The notes beneath the pieces are model-generated. The model saw only the letters and a program-made list of their open reading frames with translations, was not told where the DNA came from and searched no databases. Both the position numbers and the translations under genes were made by a program. A stretch of DNA of 63,175 nt, counting the filler, from Trichosphaerium sp. ATCC 40318 (Eukaryota > Protista > Tubulinea): assembly GCA_038496445.1 (NCBI GenBank). It is 3 parts of 3 records of this genome, joined end to end, with 100 filler letters (N's around TTAATTAATTAA, not from the genome) between each part and the next. Parts side by side here need not be neighbours in the genome. Positions count along the whole stretch, not along the records: positions 1 to 18,296 come from JALMLS010000601.1; 2 more parts are not named here. One strand, 5' to 3'. This document shows positions 1 to 12,138 of the stretch, piece after piece. Numbering within the stretch: the stretch's first letter is position 1; the number at the start of each line of letters is the position of its first letter.

Positions 1-75
1 GTCTAAGTGCATTCAAACAAAACAAAATTATTAAACCTCAACCAACAACAAACCTCATCTTTAAACAAACAACAA

Positions 76-487
76 ATGAACACAACAATATTATTCGTAT
101 TGGTGACTTTGGCATTGATACCAATTGCCTTGACGACCCAATCTAAAGACTCTGAAGAAATGCCAGACATGCACGAAAAGAGATCAACTGAGGTATGTAG
201 ACACTTGCTACTGTTACATTCAGTATGTTAACTAATGCCCCAATCTAGCAAGGACCATTATTGTGTGGTGAAACATGTGATGCAAATGGATGGTGTCCTC
301 CTGGATGGCGTAAACGTGGTCGTGAAAAGAATGGTCAATGTACGTGAAAATTAAAGGTTGGTAAACTTCTTAGTACTTACCTTTATTAGGTTCAACTGCA
401 TACTGCTACCCTGGATCTCCATTATGCTTTCGCATCAGAAGTGATAAATGGTGTTGCTGGAGTGAAGCTGCTTGCGGAAGCTGCTAA
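76..487 (+). CDS. Secreted Cys-rich prepropeptide, copy 1 (3 exons)
   Basis: Spliced over two GT-AG introns it reads MNTTILFVLVTLALIPIALTTQSKDSEEMPDMHEKR-STEQGPLLCGETCDANGWCPPGWRKRGREKNGQCSTAYCYPGSPLCFRIRSDKWCCWSEAACGSC*: signal peptide, acidic pro-piece, KR site, 10 Cys. Confidence 0.85.
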
Positions 488-1427
488 GATCTTGGCACTC
501 CAATATTAATGTAAAACTAAATAAACCCAAGTTTTACTATTGTTCGTTATCACAGTTAGGTCGCATTTTTTATAGTTGCAATTTTAACAACACATTTTGT
601 GAGCCGGTCTAATAGACAGCGCATATAGCAATGTGTGTGCCTGTAAAACCCAACAAGCGTAGGCAAATACATTAGCCATTTAAAATTGAGCTTTAACAGA
701 AACCAGAAGTGAAACCCTGTTCAATCGCTAAAATAATGTTCAACGTAGAGCTAAAGTAAAGCAGTACAGACTTACATTTTCTTTTTGAGCAAGTGATACA
801 ACATCCAGGCAGGGTGTGGCTTCCAAATGGTACATTTACACAACAGATGTTGATAGAGCGAATGGTATATAGGCAAGTTTAACTTCGCATAGCAGCACAA
901 ATCCAGACTGTAACTGAAGACAATGTAAACACCCTTCTTTTTACGTTTGTCCTTATGCCATTGATTGCTGCCTTGATGGTCCAATCTAATTAGCTCAGTG
1001 AGTGAACTATGGCATAAGAAGTAAGTCAACAATTTTTTGCACAGTTGTGAGCATGACACATTTTTCTGTAGTGAACTAAATGGGTAGACATGGTCACGAA
1101 AAGCGTTACAAGTGTGGACAAACCAAATTGTACACACTAGTATACCGCTAACCTGTATTAATAATCTAATAAAACTGAGAGGTGCTGGAATGAGGTAATT
1201 TTCTGTCAGAGTGGATCACTTTGAACACTAAAAATGTAATTAAACAACTATGGCTGGCTGGTACACCAAGAGCATGCCATAATTCATTAACCGAATAAAT
1301 GTGACTGATATGCACGCTTCATTTTGATATAACGAGCAGTTTAGTAAACTGTAGTCTGATTCTACTTGTTGGCACGTTTATTGATTGCTTACAATGATAT
1401 ATGGTACAACAAGTATGGCTTGCGATC

Positions 1428-1836
1428 TTAGCAGCTTCCACAAGCAGCTTCACTCCAGCAACACCATTTGTCACTTCTGATGCGAAAGCATAATGGAGAT
1501 CCAGGGTAGCAGTATGCAGTTGAACCTAATAAAGGTAAGTACTAAGAAGTCTGTTACTGTTCTTTGATCTTCACGTACATTGACCATTCTTTTCACGACC
1601 GCGTTTACGCCATCCAGGAGGACACCATCCATTTGTATCACATGTTTCGCCACACAATAATGGTCCTTGCTAGAATGGGGCATTAGTTAACATACAATGT
1701 AAAGTAGCAATAGACATACCTCAGTTGATCTCTTTTCGTGCATGTCTGGCATTTCTTCAGAGTCTTTAGATTGGGTCGTCAAGGCAATTGGTATCAATGC
1801 CAAAGTCACCAATACAAATAATATTGTTGTGTTCAT
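1428..1836 (-). CDS. Secreted Cys-rich prepropeptide, copy 2 (inverted duplicate)
   Basis: Reverse complement of copy 1 with the same exon structure. One visible amino-acid change (CDANG to CDTNG); introns are more diverged than exons. Confidence 0.85.
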
Positions 1837-2117
1837 TTGTTGTTTGTTTGAAGATGAGGTTTGTTGTTGGTTGAGGTTTAATAATTTTGTTTTGTTTGAA
1901 TGCACTTAGACATCGATTTTAAGTACTTCTTATTCACTGAACTAAAGTATCATAAACTGTTTGCTGTTTTATCTCATTTCTTTTTCGCTAAATCCAACAC
2001 TTGCTATCCATGGTTGTTAGTCATCAAATATACTGAACCAAACAGCGGTATTCTATCTGGGTTTTGCAAAGTAGACTTACGATCGTGAAAAATATTATTT
2101 ACCATAACACTTCACTC

Positions 2118-2270
2118 ATGGCATTGACATTGACTTGGTCCAATCTGATGAGCTTAGTGAAGACCTAAACGAGCAACTGAAGCAAGCCTGATACATTACC
2201 TTTCTAATTATTGTTTGCATAGCAAGAATTATTGTGGTAAACATGTGATACAAATGGATGCGTACTGCTA
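2118..2270 (+). pseudogene. Decayed third copy of the Cys-rich peptide gene
   Basis: tagcaagaattattgtggtaaacatgtgatacaaatggatg resembles the exon 2 start of copy 1 (tagcaaggaccattattgtgtggtgaaacatgtgatgcaaatggatgg) with deletions; no intact frame. Confidence 0.6.
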
Positions 2271-2791
2271 ATAAGGTCAAACGAAATAATCAAAGCGACT
2301 TTTTTTTTTTTGGCTACGATTTGAAATTCAAGACATTATCTGCAGATGCTATTCACGTGATAAAACCTAAGTTACGGACCCAATTGTTATCCAATAAACA
2401 CGTCAGCGCTCGTATGTAGTTAAGAGCGGTCGTTTATTCCTAATACATCTTCTTCAACTGCTTTATTGGCTTGAGCTATCCCAGTAGCCAAGAAATTACC
2501 AATAAGCGAGTCGTCACAGTCAGCCATACCGACTTGGCGTTAATTGATGTAACTTCCGTCAAAAACTCTTGTACTGAGACGTAATGGTTACGCAACGCGT
2601 CTTGATTAATTGTATCTACAGAAAAGAGGCACTACGGAGTTTCAGAAAAAAAAAGTCAATCTTTGGCCAAAACTGTTTTTATGAGTACAATAAGTGTTTT
2701 CCTGCACTCATTTCTGGATGTGTTGAGGCCAGCGAATTCAGTTAAACACGAGTTTGTTTTGCCAAGTCGCAAAGTAAATTCTCGAAGAGTG

Positions 2792-4939
2792 ATGGAAGCA
2801 CAACCTTTGCTTGATGATTATTCAAAAGCTAACGCGCACACTGAAAGAAAGGCACGATTAGTGTCTTTAGAGGTGTAAATATAAAACAGTTCTAGTTTAT
2901 CATACGCCTTTATTTCTTGGTAGCTCATGCCATACTTATATGCATACTGGTGACAGGTATGCCTTTTACCTATTTATTTGCGTTGCAAGGGCACTATAAA
3001 ACCTAATCTACTTGAAAGGACCAATAACCAATTACACTGCGCTTAAACCAGCCTTGTTGGAATCTAAAGTGTACGCTAATTTATGTGGTGATGATTGGAG
3101 AGAAAGTTGTGTTCCTTCAAGATTAGAACCTTGTTGTGATGTTAGTACTTTTTCAGTCACGTGATATTTGTTTTGAGTCACGGGATGGTAAGTTCTTTTT
3201 TTTTAGTGACTTATTTTTTTCAGGCTCAGAACTTGGCGCTCAACAGGTTGCCTCAGATTGCTTTTGGTGGATTCTATGTTTTAGCCTACCTTGCTGGAGA
3301 GTTTGTAGTGCGTCTTGGAAATGTCAAATGGAATATAATACTTGCGGGGGTAGTAATAAGTACAAGTTGGATTGTGGCGGCTTTTGTTCATTCTCCAGAA
3401 GTTCCTTACTACGTACAGCACTCAGCGTCTTCTTCAATTTGACATACACTGTCTTTAGATATCATCTTGGTTACTACCAGCGTGTTGGCTCATTGCTACT
3501 TTTGTCGGAGCTATGGTGTACCTCGCTTGCATGCAGTTTTATATGGGCGCAGCCTCCAAAGGTACTAATCATTCTAATGGGTAATTCTGCTTAGCTGAGT
3601 CGTATTGTAGTCAAGCCAAATGCGATTGGTTATATCAATGGCTTTCTAACAGGATCTTTGGATCTTAGTGGTATTATATTTTGGTTGTTTCTTGTAGTGT
3701 ATGACTGGGGTGTATCGCTAAGGTACATTTCTCCCTTTTTTCTTGTTGGCGAACTATTTCCTGAACTCTTTTTGTAGATGGGTCTTCTTGGGATATGGTG
3801 TACTTGTGTTCATATTTGTTATACCATCTGCTTTCTTTATGGACCCCGATTATTCTTTACTGACGGAAGAAAACCAACCAGTTGTTGGGGAAAAACCACC
3901 ATCGCTCTTGGAGACTTTTTCGAAAGATGCTCCAAATCCCATCGTTATTGCGTCATGGTATGTTCAATCTGATCTAAAGCGTCTCAATTAAGACTTTCAT
4001 ATGAAGGGCGTATGCGATATGTACAGCGCCATTGGGTTACTTCTACTTGAGTACTGTACCTGATCAGATTAATTGGGTGACAAATGTTGGAACAGTTGAT
4101 GCTGATGACGATACTGCTCATGATCTCACGTTAGGTTTTTCTATATTACTACCAGCACTTTCATTATTTGCTCCCCTGGCAGGATTTATGTTTCATACAA
4201 AAGTGGAAGGTACACGTGAACTTACTTATTCGTTTGCATAATCATTTTTTTTAAACTAAATGATGTTTCTTAGGTTTGCGGACTGCTTGGAGAGGTGCCT
4301 TACTATCTCTTATCCTTGGGCTCATGTGGGTTGCTTTTTCTATGATTAAGGTAGAGATCGTATATTTTCTGATTTACTTTTGAAGCTAATATCTACGGGG
4401 TAGATTGCAAACTTACAATACGCCACTTTTATCTTTTTTATTTTATGGAGAATGTCAACTTTTCTTTTCTCTAATCAGCTGATTCAACAATACTGTCCAA
4501 GAAACTTTAGTAGAATCGTAGTTGTGTACGCATCAAATACTAATTTAAATCAAAACCAAACACCATATAATTGACACGTGATAAACAAAAGACGTTCAAA
4601 TATAGTTTTTGTAGTTTTTTATCATGTGATACTGACAAGTTATTTTGACTGTAGAGGATACTGTATCAGTGGTATTGGTACATTCTTGACACCTGTTCTC
4701 GATACACTTGTATCACCTAATAACTATTATTATTGGGTAAACTTTGGAATGTTTGCTGTATCTGTAGTTCCTACAGCAATTCTACTTGGATTCGCATTTG
4801 CACTTCGCGATGCAAACTATAACGGCTTGATACTAACACGTCCTTCACACCCGTAAGTTTGACACTTTAAATCAATCTTACTGATTATTTTGATATTAGT
4901 GTTAATGAAGAAGATGTGGAGTCTTTACAACCATCATAA
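2792..4939 (+). CDS. MFS transporter, SLC43/LAT3-FMP42-like (multi-exon)
   Basis: Spliced read includes GPITNYTALKPALLESKVYANLC...CCDAQNLALN (Cys-containing first loop typical of SLC43/Fmp42), many TM segments, GFLTGSLDLSGIIF and LQYATF. Confidence 0.7.
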
Positions 4940-5357
4940 TAAACAAAGTTGTAGCTAACTGCAGCTTACCAATTTTTTTGTATATCAAGGTAGACTTTTA
5001 ACTTTATTTTGTAAAGACACCATGTTTCGCAGTCACAACCAATCCGAACTTTGCAATTCTACCATGGTATGGTAGTTATCTTGCCAAATTCTTTTACTTT
5101 TAGTGTAAAACCCCAAATAAAAAAGGCGTCATCAAAGTGAGTCAAAGTATTTAGTGTACTGTTCACAACTTCTAACTTGCGCTTATTTCAAAGAAATCAT
5201 GTGGTTGGTCAATATAAAACAACTCATTTGGCTATAATTTATATCCTAAAAGTGGTGTACCAGTTAACACGTCATATGATGCAGAATAGTTTTTGCTAGG
5301 TAGTGTATTATTTATTACACATCTTCAACAGTACATAGAGGATCAATTGTTTATTGT

Positions 5358-6641
5358 TTACCTGTACCTTCTGTGGTTCCTTGTTCGTGTGAATGATGAT
5401 ACCCAAGTATTCCTATTTCGCTTTGCATATGATCTAGATCGGTTATTCGTGTGTCTTTTTCTTGAAGAGCTATATTTTGATCTCCTTGACGGAGAATACA
5501 TTGAGCTTTGATCAAGAACATATGAGGGTGCTGGTGAAGAATGTGCAGGTAATATACAAGGAGTATAACTTGAGCTTGAAGGAGTGTACTTCGGGCTTAT
5601 AGGAGTATACTTTGGGCTTGTAGGAGAATACTTTGGACTTGTAGGAGCATATATTGGGCTTGAAGGAGGATACTTTGGGCTTGTAGGAGAGTACTTTGGA
5701 CTTGCAGGAGCATATATTGGGCTTGAAGGAGGATACTTTGGACTTGTAGGAGAGTACTTTGGACTTGCAGGAGCATATGCTGGTGATGTAAGAGCATATA
5801 TTGGACTTGTAGGTGAATACTTTGGGCTGGTAGGAGAATACTTTGGACTTGCCAGTGATATAGGAGTATACTTTGGGCTTATGGGAGAATATGCCGTTGA
5901 TGTAGGATCATATGCCGGTGATATAGGATCATATCTTGGACTTGAAGGAGGATACTTTGGGCTTGTAGGAGAGTACTTTGGACTTGCAGGAGCATATATT
6001 GGGCTTGAAGGAGGATACTTTGGACTTGTAGGAGAATACTTTGGACTTGCCAGTGATATAGGAGTATACTTTGGGCTTATGGGAGAATATGCCGGTGATG
6101 TACGATCATATGCCGGTGATATAGGAGTATACCTTGGGCTTGTAGGGGAATATTTTGGACTTGCCAGTGATATAGGAGTATACTTTGGGCTTATAGGAGA
6201 ATATGCCGTTGATGTAGGATCATATATTGAGCTTGAAGGAGGATACTTTGGACTTGTAGGAGAGTACTTTGGACTTGCAGGAGCATATGCTGGTGATGTA
6301 GGAGCATATATTGGACTTGTAGGTGAATACTTTGGGCTGGTAGGAGAATACTTTGGACTTGCCGGTGATATAGGAGCATACCTTGGGCTTATAGGAGAAT
6401 ATGTTGGACAATACTCAAGGCTTGAACTACAGTAACCTGTGCTTACAGGGGCATAATTTTGGCTCGAACAATATAGAGATAGTGGCCTTTCATTGTAAGT
6501 ACGTCTTTTCTTTCTACCTCTCTTCCAATGTGGTGATGGGTGTTGATTTTGGCGTCTTGGACGTGTTTTTTTTTTTGGTTTTGTATGAGATCTTGATTTG
6601 TTAGCTCTATTTCTTCGTTTACCCTGATAATTAACACCCAT
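5358..6641 (-). CDS. Intronless stand-alone protein with RNA Pol II CTD-like heptad repeats and Arg/Lys-rich termini (427 aa)
   Basis: About 38 Y-initiated units (YSPTSPK x8, [21 protein letters not shown] and others). In-frame stop upstream at 6720-6722; no Rpb1 catalytic sequence adjacent. Confidence 0.8.
   Translation of the reverse strand: MGVNYQGKRRNRANKSRSHTKPKKKTRPRRQNQHPSPHWKRGRKKRRTYNERPLSLYCSSQNYAPVSTGYCSSSLEYCPTYSPISPRYAPISPASPKYSPTSPKYSPTSPIYAPTSPAYAPASPKYSPTSPKYPPSSSIYDPTSTAYSPISPKYTPISLASPKYSPTSPRYTPISPAYDRTSPAYSPISPKYTPISLASPKYSPTSPKYPPSSPIYAPASPKYSPTSPKYPPSSPRYDPISPAYDPTSTAYSPISPKYTPISLASPKYSPTSPKYSPTSPIYALTSPAYAPASPKYSPTSPKYPPSSPIYAPASPKYSPTSPKYPPSSPIYAPTSPKYSPTSPKYTPISPKYTPSSSSYTPCILPAHSSPAPSYVLDQSSMYSPSRRSKYSSSRKRHTNNRSRSYAKRNRNTWVSSFTRTRNHRRYR
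5568..6401. repeat. 21-nt (some 30-nt) coding tandem repeat with higher-order blocks
   Basis: Unit near tactttggacttgtaggagaa; a block of about 130 nt recurs at about 5761 and 6271 (510-nt offset). Confidence 0.95.
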
Positions 6642-7031
6642 GGCTGTTGTTGTGATATGTTTTTTGGTTGCTATTGGTGTTTTTCGTAATTGTTTGTGTT
6701 GTTTTTGTTATTGTGGATGCTATGCTCTCGATGGTGTATTGTAATTATTGTTTGTTAATAAGTGTGATGTACCTTGACGAGTTATGACTATGTCAGCGCT
6801 TAACTTAATAAACAGTTCGTTTAACCTATATCTACGTACCTTACAATAAGTAGTATGTCTACAAACAAACAATCTCCTCGGTTGGGTTTTATCAAGATTC
6901 AAGATTTTTTTTGAGTTTTTCTATTTTAAAACAAACACGTGAGCATTTTTTTACTTGACGCCTGGTGACTGGTGCCTCATGCGCAGATTTTTTGAAGATG
7001 AGATGAAGTAATTCCATGGACTAAAAATAGA

Positions 7032-7742
7032 CTAAGTGAATGCCAAACGGCATTTGTTTATATTGGTTATGACGATGAAACATAAGTCATCAACAAGTTC
7101 TGTATGAGCAAACTTTGTGTTGTGACAAATCAGTTTGACAAATCCATCAACTGTACACACGCGTATAGATTCTATGCTGAAAAGACAACCATCGCTTGAT
7201 TTCTCAGTTTGTTCCACCTCTTTGCATAGCCTGATGTCCTTGTGTATAAACTAAAGCAAAAATCACTTAGTAAAAAAAATTCGTTATTGAGCACATCACG
7301 TGATGCAAAAAACTTTAGGTTCACTGTCACGTGGTTTGTATACAGTAGTTTGTTAACGTACGGCATCAATTTGAGGATATTTCTGTAGTAATTCAACGGT
7401 AGGTTTGACAAGTATGCGTCCAAGCGCAACCCATGTACCACGACACAGTTCAAGCATTTTAGATGCTTGGTAGACGTTATTATTCCATAAATAATTTGTA
7501 GTCTTACCATCTTCATATTTGACGCCGTTTTCCGCTAACAGCGGTTTAATCCATGTTGTAGGTAACGCAACAACAGCACACCAAGTTTTTGAAACCTAAA
7601 TACCGTTAGTCACGTGTGCGTGGTTATTTACACGTGTGCTCATCACTACACATACTGTAGAGCAGTTGTGGCATAGTTGAGGAGAAAGGTTCATGAATAT
7701 GTGTTGAAGGATCTCATTGGGTAGAGCATTTACCGAAGTCAT
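7032..7742 (-). CDS. F-box protein (4 exons)
   Basis: MTSVNALPNEILQHIFMNLSPQLCHNCST|VSKTW matches the F-box consensus; the spliced frame stays open to the stop at 7032. Confidence 0.75.
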
Positions 7743-7993
7743 CAAAAACAAAGCAAAGAGATGTGACGGGTTCAATTGAAGAGATTTTTATAACTTTTTT
7801 ATTCATTGAAAACAACGATTGACATTTTGTTTCAGGCTGTATTTTTTGGTGTTTTGCTCAAAACCAGTTGTATCTTTCTGTGTTGGTTTATAGGAACTAC
7901 CAACATAATATGGACGCTGTTTATTCGCGTGCTATAGCACGTTGTGAGAAAAGCTAATACATGCTACTTGTCGTTGATCAACAGAAAGGGAAA

Positions 7994-9081
7994 CTATTTT
8001 TTTCTATTTGGTAAGTAAGTTCCAATAATTATAGCATGGTTTGTTTCATATGGTTCCAGAGTAATTTGTTCCTTAGGCCTAAGTGGTGTAAGACTATAAG
8101 TTTTCTAAACAGCATTTTTAGTTTATGCTTGTGTGCAACAAAGTAAATTTAAGAACAGAATAGGGTGTACTTGAACTTTTCTGCTCTTAGATCTTTTACA
8201 GTTTGTGAGTAAAACTGCTCAGGTAGCATTGCATCACCAAAGATTTGCCGCTTGGCCTATGGTAGTGAGTGAGTTAAATAACCTTCAGTTACGGCAACAA
8301 AAAGAAGGTTTCATTTGTACATGGACAGAAATAACAAAGCCTCCTCCATCTGAAAGGAAATATTGAGCATTCACACCAATAATATGTGCTTGGTCACGTG
8401 TAGAAATATCAGGGGAGATGCAATCAACTGTATTGACCAGCATTCTAAGTTTGTTATTGAGTAGAAAGCAGTTGTCTTTTATCTACTCTACCTGTATTTA
8501 TGTGGATAACGGGCATCCTCAATGATTGGAACAATATTTGGTCTGTTTTTGGCAACTTCAACCAACTCACGACCACGTTTGTGAGAAACTTCTACAGCAT
8601 AAACAACACCCTTCTAAAATGTATGTAACTAAGTCTGGTATTTGTTACAAAGCAACATACCTCTCCAACAATGTCAGACACATGAGAGACTGTAATACCA
8701 GATGCAGCACCCAAGTAGAGCACTCTTGATCCAGGCGCCATGTGAATATTAATAACACCGCTGATGATTGCTGCTGCAAGCTTTGATTGGAATGGATTCC
8801 ATGTTCTGTATTCTTTTTTCTCATTAGGTTCCTATTAAGAGTTAAGACTGTGTTCCTGGCTTCTGTTGGCTATTAATTGTTTTGAATCGTCGTACTTGGC
8901 TTTTCACTGCTACTGTCACCTCGTCATACACAGAACGGCCTGGTGTTAGAGAACAGGTAAACATACGCTTTTCGCTGTTTATTTCGCCCAAAAATACTCC
9001 TAAAAAACGTTGATGTGGTTCAATTATAAGTTTGTATTCATCATTACGAATATCACTACGCCTACTACCGAATGGAAACAT
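7994..9081 (-). CDS. Fibrillarin-like 2'-O-methyltransferase, divergent, lacking the GAR domain
   Basis: Motifs [60 protein letters not shown] and [16 protein letters not shown]. Confidence 0.9.
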
Positions 9082-9228
9082 AACAAATGTGTAGAAAAAT
9101 AAAGACTATTTGTGTTAGTCATTTTTCTTATTGGTTTGTCTAAAATAAAAACTGATTTGCATCACGTGTTAATCAAAAAAAAAACTGTTGTGGTAAATGA
9201 AATATATTTGAAGTACTGCTTAATGAGT

Positions 9229-10570
9229 TTACATGCTCCATGAGACAAAGAGAAGGACCAAAGAGAAGGATACAAGGTTAGTGCTGGAAGAAGTATCTTC
9301 CGTTGGTGCAACAGTCACTTCACTCGGCATCACGGATCCATCACTAGGCGCATCAGGTGCCATTGGAGATTCTGTTGTTGCTGAAGGCGATTCTGTAGTT
9401 GCTGAAGGCGCTTCTGTTGTTGGTGAAGGCGCTTCTGTTGTTGGTGAAGCTTCTGATGGCATACTCGGTTCTGCTGTTGGTATGTCTGTAGGATTGCATC
9501 CAGACTCTGATGGATCACAGTAAAGATTAGGCATCAAAGTACCGTGCCATTTCGCTCTCAACTCAGCAACACTTTGGCTGTCGGCTTTGTTAGTATCCCA
9601 GAAGCTGTATCCAAACTTTTCTCTATGAAAGAATGGACCAACATGGCCACCCCAGAATCCTTCATCAGCCAAAGTATTACACAGACCACGAGACCACTTG
9701 AGCGACCAAGGAATGCCTGATTTTGGACCAGGAAAAATGCCCTCAGCTCCACCACCTGCGGCAACACAAGGAGAATGACCATCAGGTAAGTAAGGCTTTT
9801 GATCGTCAGGATCAGAAGGTACAAAACTTGCTCCACAGTGAGAGTTTGTACTGCTTTGACAAGGACCGTAAACTTCTGCAGAATCTGCTGTGGCAGGGTA
9901 TTTTGTGTCCCACATTGTTGTGAACTTGCGTTCAGCACCCCACTGAGCACGAGCAAACATGCAGTAATCCTTCTTTACTTGTCTGTCAGCACTCGTATAT
10001 CCTAAAAAAAATGTCAGTTTTGTTTTTTCTACTTCCTAAGCTGCATGTAGAAAACACGTGACATGCCAAAGTGGCTTTTTTCACAAATTAATTGGTATAC
10101 TCTTTTTTTTCGTACCTACTAGCGCTCGCACGTGATTTAACGCTATACGATGCCACTCATCGACTTCTGCTTTCGTTGGATTCAAGACGTCGGCAAAAGG
10201 ATTGTGCTTATAGAATACCTCACGTATGCCTCTAATACGATCTACTTGAGGGCAAATAGCCTTCCAGAAGTCCTCTCTGTTCATTTTGGAAGGATTGTAA
10301 ATAGTTCCATCCCATTTAGAGTCTTCCCATGCTTGAGCGTTAATCCAAAGTACACCATCAGGATCATGTGATACTTGGTTGCTGGAAATCGCTTTTGTTT
10401 CGAATGACGACCAATCAGCTGGATCTGGAGTATACTGCTGTAGAAATACTGTTGTCGCACATAAGCATAGAATCAAGCAAGTGACTAGTTGTGGTAAGTT
10501 GTTTGATCCAAAATAATAACAAACCAAGCGCAAATATTAAAAATACAAAAACAACAAGAAAAAATAACAT
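9229..10570 (-). CDS. Secreted, probably GPI-anchored surface protein with an unassigned Trp/His/Cys-rich globular domain and a S/T/P stalk
   Basis: Hydrophobic N-terminus MLFFLVVFVFLIFAL; two long exons joined as ALVG|YTSADRQV; TTEAPS repeats; hydrophobic C-terminus. 5' exon structure uncertain. Confidence 0.7.
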
Positions 10571-11114
10571 AAATGACACGTGACAAAAGTATAAAGTTTT
10601 TTGGAAATTATTTAAGACTCGTAAAGTTGAATTGTTTTGGATTGCCAAGGAGACTCTTGTACTTATTCTAACGTGTACCTGACACAAAGTTTTGCATCTT
10701 CAGTTGTTACGATGTTGAGAAAAATGATCTTATTATGAACGTAATTCACACAATTAATCAAGAGGCAACATTTTGTCGTTTTGAAAGGCAAATTACAGAC
10801 TGTTATCACGTGATTACTCAAAGTAAACTTAATATGACTTGTGTGGTATCTTTTGTACCGAATTAGCTTAAAAATGGTGGCAAAAATAATGGTACAAAGC
10901 ATAATTAGCTTGCACTTTAGAAAATGGCAAAAAATGTTCTCCTTCTTTGGCAGTGTGCTTAATCCACGCCAAAAGAGGTACACGCAACTAAATACTGTTC
11001 GATTAGCGCTAACGTTTGTATTGAACAAGACTAATGTCATACGGTACAAAAAGCCATAAATAGAAAAATATCTTCATAGCATGATTCAAACGAGGTAAAC
11101 TAGTTAAAAACAGT

Positions 11115-12030
11115 ATGGCACGCCCAGTTATAATAGATACAGACCCAGGAGGTACGCTAATACCGTTTTTGATATTAATTAACATAAAACCCAGTCGATG
11201 ACGCTCTAGCTATACTCCTAGCGCTTGTTTCGCCTAAAATTAAGGTTCTCGGGGTTACAATCGTACCTGGGAACCTAAGTGACGTTAAACAAATGGCGGA
11301 AAACGCGTTCAAGATCCTAGAAGTAGCAAACAGGCGCCACGTGCCGGTACGGACAAAAAATCAGTCTTTTTTTTTGTATTTGCTCATTGCAAAACAGGTC
11401 TTTGTTGTCGCGTTGAAGCCTTTAGCACGTGCTCATAGACCCAGTGATTATTGTGTATATGGCTATGATGGTATGGGTGACACAGGTACACAAACAAAGA
11501 AATACGCTGGTTTGTTTACTGGTTTTTTCTAGACTATCCTAAAACGGATCGTAAAGTTTCAGATAAATTACGTCCATGAAGTCTACACAATGGGAGGTGC
11601 TGTAGGTTATCCTGGTAATAGAACAACTGCAGCTGAAGTTAACAGTAAGTACAACAATGAACGTTCAAAGCTAATAATTGTGGCAGTATCGATTGATCCT
11701 GAAGCAGCCAAAATATTTTTTAATGCAGGTAATGTTTTTTTCTAAAGTGAGAAGCTTTGAGATTTCTGATTTTAATCTTACCTACAAGTACATGAAACTT
11801 TAAGTAAGGTTGACGATCCTATGTCTACAATGACAATACTAGAACCTACAATGTTCACATCACGTGAGATATGCGTTGATGTTGAGACAAAAGGCGAATT
11901 GACAACAGGTGCAACTATTGGTGATTTTCAGAATGTTTGGAACCGTTCTGCGAATGTTATACTTTACACCAGCGTTGATGAAACAAGGCTAAAAGATGCA
12001 ATGTGTAACGTATTAAGACATGCAAAGTAA
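11115..12030 (+). pseudogene. Inosine-uridine nucleoside hydrolase, internally deleted and frameshifted
   Basis: IIDTDPG|VDDALA, GN, MGGA..GN..AAEVN..DPEAA and VDVETKGELTTGATI are present. The GPLTN and LD segments are missing, there is a frame break near 11570, and HDP reads DDP. Confidence 0.7.
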
Positions 12031-12138
12031 AGTATACAATACAATCTAAAGCCTATGTTTCACATAGTACTTAACAAGATCTGTTGCTGTTTATTTAAAC
12101 TCATTTGTTTTGTTTACTGTTTGAAGAGGGATGAAACT

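Larger units (their letters stand above)
1..1911. repeat. Inverted duplication, arms about 1-490 and 1424-1911, spacer about 930 bp
   Basis: Window start gtctaagtgcattcaaac is the reverse complement of gtttgaatgcacttagac ending at 1911; similarity runs through both peptide genes. Confidence 0.9.

Noticed and set aside
772-1137. 121-aa Cys/His-rich ORF between the inverted peptide genes
   Set aside because: No recognisable motif, no ATG start and no supportable exon structure.
5568-6401. Possible CRISPR array
   Set aside because: Contiguous coding repeats with no unique spacers and no cas genes; eukaryotic context.
5584-6435. 283-aa Gly-rich ORF on the + strand
   Set aside because: Antisense shadow of the heptad repeat; it has no sequence beyond the repeat and no ATG start.
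5358-6641. Calling this RPB1
   Set aside because: No polymerase domains upstream on the contig, and an in-frame stop precedes the ATG.
5358-9081. Functional cluster of the CTD-like, F-box and fibrillarin-like genes
   Set aside because: Co-orientation of three genes is expected by chance; no shared regulatory evidence.
9233-9523. Plus-strand ORFs opposite S/T/P stalks (also 45488-45820)
   Set aside because: Antisense shadows of low-complexity coding sequence.
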